Part shown: positions 24,001-36,000 of the stretch, piece after piece | Numbering within the stretch: position 1 is the first letter of the stretch | How the letters are laid out: each line of letters opens with the position of its first letter | Assembly (NCBI GenBank): GCA_905178155.1 | Contig: CAJINV010000002.1 | Coordinates: 4,527,538 to 4,591,537, forward strand | From: Amoebophrya sp. A120 | Lineage: Eukaryota; Protista; Dinoflagellata | DNA length: 64,000 nucleotides | Direction: 5' to 3' | The notes under the pieces: generated by a model | Told to the model about the DNA's origin: nothing | Database searches by the model: none | The model's input: only the letters and a program-made list of their open reading frames with translations | Made by a program: the position numbers and the translations under genes

Positions 24001-27000
24001 CACCTACAATGTTTTTTTCTTAGATAGTACAACTGCCAGGAGTACTAGACGCGACGTCGACGCTGTTGCGCCGCCCAGCGAGGATGAGGATGACCTTGAC
24101 GACCTCGACGATTTTATCGCAAGAAAAAACTGTTTCACTGTGAACTTGTGATGCAGAAAATGGATCGCAGAAGTGTGTGTCATCTACACATGCAAGACAG
24201 TGGATTTCTAGCTGTGTCTTCCCCGCCTAGGAACCCCGTATGACAGATTTTCAGTGTCATGCGGAACAAACTTGTGATGCAGATTTTGCAAAATCACCAC
24301 AGTGAAGCAGTTTTTTCGTGGGATAGATTTGGACGAGGAAAAAGAGTTTGAGGAGGATTTTCTTTTGTTCGAGCGGGCGCGCAACGCAGTGGGTCTCCCC
24401 ATTGGCTGTCCGTTGGACTCGGGCGCGCTCATCATTGCCTCTATGCCCACCATATCCTGTGCAAAAGTATCGTACTCGTATTGCAATCATGCATTACAAA
24501 TCTTTTTCTCAAGGTCACTCAGCATTACAAAATTCATTTCCCATGCTGAGGAAATTTGTAATGCATTTCTACGAGTACGATACTTTTACAGTTGATACAC
24601 CAAGGAGAGTCAGTTTGGCAACACCGCCGGAGCACTCGATATCGATGTGGCCGCGGCGCAGCTGAGAGCAGAGAGGAACAAAAATATTGACCACAAAGGC
24701 AAGGAAGTACAACAGACTGCGCAGCAGGTGGAGCCCGATGGTAGTGCAACAGGAGCCGAAGGAGAAGATGTTCTTGCTGCAACTACAGCTGCAGCTCCAG
24801 GCACTAGCGACAGCGATCAAGACACTGTAGCTGCCCCAGCAATTACCACCTCGGAAGATGTTGATAAAGAAAAAACATCAGGTGGCTCTTTTCAACAAGA
24901 ACAAGCGAAAAATCCGTACCAGGGCACGGATGAGCTCCATGCGCTGGGGCCCGAATATCAGCTAGGTTTTGGGAGGTTCAGCTACAGCAAATTTCTGGAC
25001 CCGTATGCAAAGCAAATGTATCGTACTCCTCGTGGTATTGCAATACAGATTAGCTCAGCATGACAAATGGAATTTCTCATGCGGATTTAGCTCCAAAAAG
25101 AAATCTGTCTTGCATGACTGCGATAATTAGTACGAGTGCGATACTTTTGCAAAGGATAACCCGGGGTGGAAGACAAAAAACAAATTGTGTGACAAAGAGG
25201 AGCTCCCGTTGCTGCGTGCCCCGCTGAAAACCACAGTGACGGTCGACAGTGTTGTCTTCGAGAAAACTGCCATGGAGGAGGAGGAAAGGGAGCTAAAGCG
25301 GTTCAGCAAAGAAAATGAAAGGGACAAGACGACTCATTCTACATTCACGGAAGTCCTCCTTGATGAAGTCAAGACAACCAATGCAGCAGCTGCTGCTGCT
25401 CACACTGCTTTTCTGGCGGAAGACCCGGGGACTCTGGGTCAAAGAACTACTGGCGCAAAAACTTCCTCCACTGTCAGCGTGGACGAAGCCGGTGCAGCAA
25501 GCCTGGTCGAGATTGAAGACGAGGAGGACGCAGAGTCGATATAGCGTCGTAAAAGTTGTATTTGACTAAGACCGTAAAAAAATTTTTGCGCGCATTTTTT
25601 CGCGGCGCCTATCTAGTAAACCTGTGCACGCAGACAAAAGGTCAATCCCAGTGCCGTTTATTTTGGCCCGCCTATGCGAAGCGCTTCTCAATAGCTAAAT
25701 ATGGACTGCTGCGGAGGTGAACGATTGCGGATCTGCCTCGGAGCGCCCTTAAAGCCCCGAGCTGCTTCAGCAGGTCCTCACGCAGGTCAGCGGCTAGGCA
25801 ATGGGTCTCACTTTGTGCAGGTCGGTCGGAGTCGAGGGCGCAAATGGAACTGCCCGCGGCTGCGTTTCCAGTTGGTTCTAATGCCGTGCAGCTGTGCGCG
25901 CGTGTACCGGCACGCACGCGCGCTTTTTGCCTTTGTGGTTTTTTCTTGAAAAAGCGAGAAAGCCGACAGCCTCTCGGACGGGGTTCCCGGAGGGGCTCTG
26001 GGACCCCTTTTGGGGAGGGGTAGTACCATCGTGATTCAAAGAAAAAAAGATGGGCTTTTTGCTAGGGTTCCGGGCACCCCTCCGCCCCCCCCTTTTTGTT
26101 AGGGTTCCGGAAAGGCCTTCGCGACTAACATATGTGCGCGGAACTCGCTAGAGACAACATCGCCAGGGCCTGCGTAGACATCTCTTGGGGCGTTTGCAGC
26201 TTCGCATCTTGATCCAGGCCATAGCTGCAAACAGCTGCAGTGGGCGAGCAATCCGGAAAAAGGAGCGAAGCGTTGTGAGTGCCCGGCGCTTTCTCTGTGA
26301 AAGCATCAGCCGCGAAACAATCCTCAGCGCCCCGCCCTCCTCCATGTCATTCTCCGCATAGCGGGCAGAGAATTGCTTCTGATAAGCTAGCTAAAACAAA
26401 CGGCGCTCAAGTCAGTCTCTCACTCGCGTGCACGGGTTTAGTAGCAACACGCCGCGAAAAAATGCGCGCAGAAAATTTTTTACGGCTTTAGCCAAGTACA
26501 ACTTTTACGACGCTATAAAGCCTGGTCGAGATTGAAGACGAGGAGGACGCAGAGTCGGCTTTTGATGTAGGCCCTAAAAAATCCATCTCTACGCCCATCT
26601 TTTCAAAATTTGCTCTATCGGTTTGCCGCCATTTCGTTGCATTCTCATACATAAAGCCTCTCGAGCAGCTCGACCGCAGATCCTGGCTGGCGATATTGCC
26701 TGACAGATTTTCCGGGTCTTGTTTTTCTTTTTGCAGCTTGGTGGAGGAGTGTGGTAGGAGTTGTGAGGCCAACTTGTCATGCACATCTCCGCGACATGCA
26801 GAAACAAGAACAAAACCGGGAGAATTTTACTGGGTGCGCGCCAAGTCCTGAACCGCTAGGGGTTTGGGAAGCTGCGCAGAAGATGCGGTGGGCGCTGTTT
26901 CCGAATCAGGCCCAAGCCAGGCCGGGGCTGATAAGAGGGGGGGCGCAGCCTTTCGCTTGGCTGCGCCTTGTGGAGGGTAAATTCGCCGGGGGCATTTTCC

Positions 27001-30000
27001 GCGTTTGTCGCTATTGCCGGGCGCCTTGCCTTACCTGCGCAAGCAGAGGCGCGCTCAGGGTCCATGGCCTCATATGATTGGGAGGCTCGTTTGGGTGGCT
27101 TTTCTCTTTGGGGTCTTTGGCTTGCGTTTCTGCCCCGGGCCTCGGGGCAGAAATAGAACAGCCCGGCTTGGCGCGTTTGCAAAGGCGGACGCGCAGCCGC
27201 CATCGAAGAGGCGCTACGCGATAATCGGCGAGGGCGCCACGCAATCAACTGGCCAAAATTTGAAAAGATGGGCGAAAAGGTGGATATTTTAGGGCCTTCA
27301 TTTGAGATTGAAGATGAGGAGGACGCAGAGTCGGCTTTTGATGTTGATCTCGATGCTGGTCTTGAAGACATCGCTGAGCAGAAGGAAGAAGGGCCGGAAA
27401 TACTGAATGAACCACCCGAGCATTCTTCGCCCCCCATGCGTGTATCCCCGACTTCATCCCCATCAAGGGTTCCACCTTCTGCAACACGACGACAGTACAC
27501 GGTTCCAAAGCGACCCTCGAAGTTTTTCCAGAAGGAGCTTTTGCGGCAACAAATGGAACAGGGAAGGATGAAAAGTTCTTCTTTTTCTCAACAGGGGAAG
27601 GAATTCCCCAATTCATCTGAAGAGGTGGTAGACCACGACTTGCATGATCAGGGAGCAGCAGTAGAGTCTGCTGCCAAGAATGCCGGCGCGCAACAAGCGG
27701 CAAGTACTATCCCGACAGCGAGCAGATTCGCGTTTGCCCGTGCCCAAGATGGTAGTAGTACGCCAGGGCAGCACCTCCACGACGGCAAAAATGATCCAGC
27801 TGAAGAGGATGCTGATGAGGAGGGCACAACCCCGCCGGTTCAAAAGGAAAATAACCCAACCCCGCCCACCGCCGCGCAAGTTGTAAAAGAACCTCCGAAC
27901 TACAATAACAAAGTAGGACCTGATTCCGGAGGTGATAAAGATAAAGAAGAGACTGTCGCGCGACGATGTGGGATTCTCAATTGTTACATTGTCAGCTGTT
28001 ACATGAATTTGTGATGGTACAAGAGTGAAACAGGGAGAGGCCGGATCTTGCAACTCTTGCATTACAAATTCGGCACAGATTCCCATGCTGTTTAGCCCTT
28101 CCAAAATTTGTAATGCGAAGTAGCTCCACCGTTTGCGTTTGGACGCTGATGCTCATTTTGCATGGCAAATCATGTAACAGTTGAGAGTGTAACATTTGAG
28201 AACGCCATAGACGAGCCGTGCGCGTTATCGAAGCGGTGTCAACGCCTCGGCGAATCCTCACGGCCGAGAGCAGCAGCTTCATGGACATAAACCAAGGCAT
28301 ATCACAGGCAAAAGTGTATAGCGTCAATGGAATTTGTGTTGCAGTAATGCATCAAAAAACGTGCCCAAATTTGTCATGCATACCATGCATACAGATACAA
28401 CAAGGCAAAATTTGTCATGCATGTTTGCAATCTAATATGAGATCCGCCACCGTTAGCACTTTTTCCTTTGATAAGGCACCAACCCCTTTGCAGAGGCGAT
28501 GAGCCCGAACGTCGCCGCGTTTCACCAACCCACACCCGAACTGCACTCGAACGCCGCTAGTAGAAGTGCGGCCCTGGGGAGTACGGACTCGTTGACCAAC
28601 CCGCGGGGGGGTGGGAAAGGCCGGTTTGGCACCGACGGCCTGTCCGATGACCTGGAGGAAACCAACGAGAGCATGCTACAACAGCGGTACAAAACTACCC
28701 GGCCCCTGTATCAAAAGGAAAAATCCCGCCTCCCCATATCAAAACGAAGCTTCTGATGCTGGATTTCCGTACACCAATCAGATCTTCCTTGCAGTAGAGG
28801 ACTGTAGACATACGCCAAGCCTGAATGGAGAGGTTTTGGCAGAGGCAACTAGCATGACAAACGTCTAGGCTGTAAGCCCAACAGCATGTTGACAAACCGC
28901 CTCCATAATGCGGCGGACTCTCTGGGTTCGCCTTCTTGCAACACAGAGAGTATTTGTGGTCACAAATCTGCATCACAAATTTTCAGACGAGTGCGTTTTC
29001 AGTATGGGGAGGGGGGATTTTTCCTCACAATACCCTGTACGTGAAAAAGCAAGCTTACGAGACCGCGAAGCAAACCTATGGATGTGTCAGGATCGAAATT
29101 GTCAAAAATGAAACAGTTTGTCATGCATAAAATGCAGCGCAGAGGCAGAGATTGTCTCTATTGCAGAGGACGCAAGAGAGGCAGACTGTAAGCCTGTGGA
29201 GGGGTAGAAGTAGAGCTGCTCAAGTAGCATGACAAAAGGCGTCGTCCTTACCCAAACAGCATGACAAATTGGATTGAGATAATTCTACCCAAATTTGTCA
29301 TGCGCCACAAAATGCCAGCCCGTAGTAGCACAGTCTGTTTTTGTCATGCGCCACCTGGAAACTGGGACTCAACTGGCCTCCATTTGATTATGCATGGCAA
29401 ATTATTTCAGCTTTGTCGATTTCGACCCTGACAGTTCCATAAAACCAAAAAAGTGCTACTCGGGTATCTAATCTCGAAAAAATACATGTCCACGCCAAAT
29501 CCACTGACAAACAAAATCCACGGCGCAGCGTTGCAGCCAGCAGATATTCGCAAATTGCTCGGTGTTACAACTGAAGAAGAAGCGGCACTACAAGAACCCG
29601 CTATGGACGAAGAAAAGTTGGTCGCGGCGGAACAAGCGATAGAGGAAGAAAAGTTGCAATTGGACGAAACGGAAGAGAAAATGAAGTTTCTAAGCGCGTC
29701 CGCCCGACGTCGAATTATTGAAAAAGAAGCGGCACTCGCCAACCAATTGGAGGAGGACCAGGACCGGCTTGCTGCGATGGGAGTTGTGCGAGACAAAGAT
29801 GGAAACTGGAGGAAAACGCGAAGAAGAATATGCATTGCAAAAGTATCGTACTCGTACTGATTGCGTTTATGCATTACAAATCTCTTTATTAAGGCAAATC
29901 CGCATTACCAATTCAATTTGTAGTGCTAAGTGAATTTGTAATGCAATTTATACTAGTAAGTAAGTACGATACGTTTGCACTTCATAAAGCAAAAAAAAGC

Positions 30001-33000
30001 GCAAAAAGCAAACTTTGCAGGAAGTGTTCCGCGACCGCAAACCGACTTCCCAGTTTGCATTTCGGGCACAGGATGCACTGCAAATGTGTCTGGGTCTGGT
30101 AACTTGTAATGCTGCGATGGGAATAGTGAATGCTCTGTAATGCACAGCCCAGCATAAGAAATACTTATCTGCGCTACTTTGTGTTGCGTTTTTCGCATGA
30201 CGAGCTGCGTTTTTGCATGACAGGCGAAAGGGTCTCTTGTTGGACACGCATCGCAAACTTTTTGATCATGCCAGACAAGCGTGACAAATCTCGCAATCTT
30301 CCCGACCCGGACACTTTTGCATTTGATAGGCAGCAGTCCAACGCAAAATTTGGCGCGCGCATGATCGAAGAGCTCCGCGAACAGGAAACGGCCGCACTGC
30401 TCGATATGGCGTTCTCAAACGTATACATTCTCAGCTGTTACATGATTTTTTGCCATGCAAAAACACTATCACTCTTTGCACGATCAAGCCTTCTTCGCAT
30501 GGCAACTTCTCGGCGATGTCGCGCTAAATAGCACTAGAATTAATATCCGCCCCAAATCTGTAATGCAAAAGACGCAATCTTCCTCCTTTCACTTTTGCTT
30601 TTGGCATTCTTAGGACATCAGAAATTCATGCAACAGCTGAGAATTTGTAAGAACGTTTGAGAGCCCCATACTCGAAAAGTTTGACTTTGGGTTATCAACT
30701 GTAAAAATGTCTGGGTCTGGAAAAAATCACGTTTGTCATGCTTGTCTGGCATGACTCTTAAATCTGTCATGCACGTTACCCAAGAGCTCCGTTTTTCTGT
30801 GATGCAGAAGCGCACTCTGTCATGCAGAATAGGCAAGACCTAGGAGCTCAGAAACTTGTCATGCTGAGCCAGCATTTGTAGCCTCATCATGAGACGCCAC
30901 CCAGCATCACAAGTTTCCAGACCCAGACATTTTTACAATCCATATGGGTTTACGGCCGACAAATGGTTCCGTTATGCAAGAAAAAAACGGTGTAAGTGTA
31001 AATCTGTGTTGCAGAGGATGAAAGACACTTACACTTCTTGTCATGCTGGACATGCATCAGAGATTTGTTTTGTACGTGTTCTTTTCACGTACTAGCTGCG
31101 CATGAGAGGTTTTCTCTATCATGCAGAGCATATTTGTGACGCTGTTCCTCCAAGTAGAAAGTTACACTTACACACTTTTTTCTTGGATATCCGTATTCCA
31201 TCCTTCATGCAGGAATACATGGGTTCGGCCTTCACCGACTACGTCCCGCCCGCTCTGCAGGCCGCGACCAGACTAACGGTATGACAGTGCACAACTACTA
31301 CCCCTCCCCCTCATTTGTCATGTAAAATGCCAAATCCAGTCGCTTCCCTGCGGCACTGTTTGCATGACAAATATCGAAATAAGCGGAAACAGTATGTTTG
31401 TATATGTTTCGTAATAAGCGTTTGTCTTATTTGTGTTGCTGTTCATGCAATGCAAATGAGCGAATTGGGGAGCAGTTGCGCACTCTCATAAGCGGCATTC
31501 GGTCTGGATAAGGCCCTGGGTGGCATCACGGTGTTTGAGTCGCCCGCGGCACGCGCGGCATATCCCGAGTAAATAAAACGTCTCCAGCACCCCGTAGTTG
31601 TAATGCAAATCCCCATGCTGAAAATGTTACTCATGCGGAGCCCCATGAGAAGCATTTTGCAGCCGTGTTTCGCAATTTGTCATGGTGCAATAAGCATGAT
31701 ATACTAGATCAGTGATGCTGCTGAACAAGCGAAACTGGATTGTACAACCAGACCACAAACTTGTCATGCGCCACAGCCAAAGCTGGCTGCTTTGTCTAGC
31801 AGGTTTCCCATCTTGACTATGGGCGGGTGGGGACGTTTTTACACAGGACGCGGCAGACTCCATGTTTTTCAACTGGTTTACCGACGTGACCTATGCATTG
31901 CAAAAATATCTGGCTCTGGAACAAAGCAACTTGTCATGCCAAATCTGAATCACGTAAAAATCTGTGTTGCATGATTACCGAAAGCTGTCCACTTTTCACG
32001 TAATCGAGAGGCAGTTTCTCATGCAGGATAGGCATGCTAGAACTCTCACAAAATCTGTCATGCTATGTCCTACATACCAGACCTCATGGGTCATGGAAAA
32101 CCTGCATGAGAAGTCTGGCATTCTTCCTGACCCAGACATATTTGTATTTGATATGACCACAAGCGACCTGCGCATCATTGGAAGCACCAACAATCGCGAG
32201 TTCTACGACAACATGGGACTGCACGACTACCTTCTCACCGGTTTAGATTCGCAGCACCCGCTAAACCCCTACGACCACATATCCTGTGTAAAAACGTCCC
32301 CACCCCAGCTAGAGTTGTAATGCAAATCTGCATGCTTAAAATGTTTCTCATGCGGAGACACACGAGAGGCGTTTTCTAGGGGTGGTTTGAGATTTATTGT
32401 CATGCTCGAATCAGCATGACAAACTGAATATGTGATGCCGCTGCACTAGCTAAACACGACTACATGGCGAGCAGCCCAAACTTGTCATGCGCGACAGCCA
32501 AAGCTTAGGGATTTGTATAGCAGATTTCCCATGATCTTGACAACTAAGGGGTGGACACGTTTTGCCTCAGGATGCCACATCTTTCGTATCCACCTGGACA
32601 TGCTGTACGGGCAAGGGTTCGCGCCCATAGACGCGCTGCGCAAAAACATGGGGCAGTGGCAGCAGAGCGTCCTGCAGCAGGCCTCCTTGGGCGACATCCA
32701 GGGGGGCGTTTTGGATCTGATGGGTTTGCTGTTCCAACTTTCCATGAACGCGGCGGTGTTTGACTATGCAACACAAATTTCCCGTACATGTACAAGATGC
32801 ATCACAAATTTCACCAATTTGGAGTGTGAAACTTGTCATGCTAAACTAGGATCGAAGCCAAGTTTTGCCATGCAGAGACCGCATTTGTACGTGTACAGGA
32901 AATTTACTGTGGATATTGACACCTATTACCGCATGCAGCTCGGTGAAGACAACGATTTGGTGTTTATATGACCTGCAAAAGTATCGTACTCGTATAAATG

Positions 33001-36000
33001 CATGACAAATTCCCTCAGCATGAGAAATAAAACTTGTAATGAGGATTTACCTTGAGAAAAAAATTTGCAATGCATGATTGCACTACGAGTGCGATACTTT
33101 TGCACAGGATAGTTTACGCTGGAAACCAACGAAAAGTCCACTGCTTCGGTATCAAAAGGAAAAATCCCCCCTCCCCATATCGAAGAGGAAATTTGTGATG
33201 CTGGATCATTTGGATACACAAAACAAATTTGTGTTGCAGTAGAGGACTGCAGGGCCATAATCGTGCCTGAGTAGACAGCTTTTGGCCTAGGCACTTAGCA
33301 TGACAGAGGTCTACGCTGTAGGAACAACAGCATGACAAACCGCCTGTAGAATTCGGCGGAGTCTGTGGAGTTGCCTGCATGCAACACAAAGACGATTTGT
33401 GGTCACAAATCGGCAACGCAAATTTTCGAAAACGCACCTTGTCAATATGGAGAGGGGGGATTTTTCCTCACAATATTCGGAAGTGGGCGGTAAGCAGGGG
33501 CGCTACTGCTCCGCAAACACGCACAAGCTGTACGGGCTTTGGGAGCGCACGCTGGAACGTATCCCACTGGACATGAAAAATCCGTTCCTGATGGAGCGGC
33601 GCCAGTGGATCACGATGGGCATGCACCTCGGGGCAAGGATGCCGGTTCTGGACCTACACACCCACGACATTGGAAGGTACTATAACTTATGAGGAACATC
33701 ATGATCTTCAATGGCACTACGAGATGAGGACCAACAAGACAAAGGTCAAAGCAGTTTATTTCAAGTCCTCGCTGCACGAGCGGACTATTGAAATTGGTTT
33801 GTTTTGATGTGTAACATGTTAGAGGTTCCTTTTTTTCATCCAAATTACACAGGTACCACCAGTGGCACAATGACACCAGCAAGAAGCACCACTCTCTGTG
33901 GGGGCGCAGCCATGCGGTGGAGAAACAGAAGCACAAATCGCAAGCCATTGTCTTACAGCTTGGATGGCCATTAGATTTCTCTGTGGTGAATTTCCGTTGA
34001 TTTTAGGGGCCTGCAAGAGTTCGATAGTGGCTCCGCGAATATTCTTTCCCGCAAAGATCGACATCCACCCGATGAAGAAGCCGGGGCGACCTAACGCCCA
34101 AAAGGCTCCCGGTGGTGGCGGAATTTTTCCCGGGAAAAAAAACGGGATGGGGCGTCGCAGTGTGTAGCTGCATTGTCAGCGCCCTATCCCCCGGGTGATG
34201 AGTTGCGAAGTAGCTTCGCGTGGTTACTTTTTGTTTTGTGGGTGCTGCGGATGGTTTGCCGGGCTCGGTGGTTTGGGTCTGCCAGATGCTCTCCATAGCA
34301 TGGAGAGCATCTGGCAGCTCAAGTAGCACTCACAAAAAAATCATTGCCATAGCATGGCGTTTCGCTTTGAAAAGCAGCCCTTTCCCGATGGTGCTGTTGT
34401 TTTCCCCTTGTCTTTCTTGCCCAAAATTGAAACACGGAAGCTGAGAGTTGAAGCTGAATGATTCAAAGTCATGAAGCCACCAAACGACTCAACTTCAACA
34501 AAAAAGAAAAAAGTAGCCGCCTGCCAAGGGTGTTGCGTGGTGAGGATTTTCATCCAAACGGATTGACCCATGCCAGGGATCATAACGGGCGGGGCGACTT
34601 CTGTTTTTGCCTTCCATTTCGCAGACCACGACTACCCTGAAAGCCGAATGGTGACACAGGACCGCCTTCAAAAATCACTGGAAATTCACCGGCCTTAAAG
34701 CTAATGGGTGCCCAAGCTCTAAGCCATGCCCCGGAGAAACAGAAGCACAAATCGCAAGCAAAAACAGCCCTCCCCTTCTCGGTGCTGGAAACAAAACAGA
34801 AACAGAAAAAATCGCAATTTTGGAAATCCGTGAAATCTTGGTGGAGCGGAGGCAGTTCAAAGAAGGAAGACGAGGGGGCTATCAAAATGAAGAATCCCCC
34901 CACCCCATACTCAAACTAGAAATTTGTGATGCAGATTTGTGGCCACAAATCAGCTTTGTCATGCTAGAAGGGAAAAGAAGCGGACTGTAGGGCTGGTTGG
35001 AGTGGGAAAGCCTTGCATCATCAGCATGACAGGGGGGAGCTGGAAGTGGGAAACAGCATGACCAATTGCCTGCAAACGAGGCCACAACTGCGTCTCTTGT
35101 GCTTCTAGCTTTACAAGTCGATTTGTGTACTCAAATACAGCATAACAAATTTCGTTTTCGATATGGGAAGGAGGGATTTTTTCTTTTGATAGGGGCGGCC
35201 GGAGCTGCTTCAGAAACCGGGCCTGAGCATGACGGGGGCGAAGAGATAAAATCAACAACTCCTGTTGCTGGCGCGGGTAAAGAAGATCCTGCTCCCGCTG
35301 ATAGTAGTGGTAGTAGTGCAAGTACTACTAGTACTACGACCTCCACGAGCACCACAACTAGCAGGAGAAAGTACTTTCAGTTTTCCGACCCCGTGCAGGA
35401 CACCAGAGCGCAGCTTCTCATTTGGGTATCAACTGCAAAAATGTCTGGGTCTGGACACTTGTGATGCTGGGTGGCGTATCATGAGGAGGCCACAAGTGCT
35501 CGCTCAGCATGACAAGTTTCTGAGCTTCTAGGTGTAGTTGCCCGCTCTGCATGACAAACTGCGTTTCTGCATGACAGAAACATAAGGCTCTTGGGTAATG
35601 TGCATGACAGATTTAAGAGTCATGCGAGACAAGCATGACAAACTTGCAACCTTCCAGACCCAGACACTTTTGCAATGCATATTGGGAGGCGGAAGACGAG
35701 TCACTTGCAACAGCTCGCGCCCTCGTCCCGGCCGTGCCGCCGCCGTTTTGGGACGTGGTGTTTTTCAGCAAGCAGCTGGGACTAGTTGACGGGCTACAGG
35801 ATAAGGTCGGTGGTCTGTTCACCACACTGGGAGAGATGAAGACCAGTCTTCTCTACTCGTTGTGGGGGAACGTTCCCGTGCAGAGCTTGTTCGTTCCCCT
35901 CGCAGAAAAGCTGGACGAATTTCTGGTGAAATACACCCGGCTCAAGGGCTGGCTATGAATTGCAGCAAAAGCATCGTACTAGTACGAATTGCATGACAAA

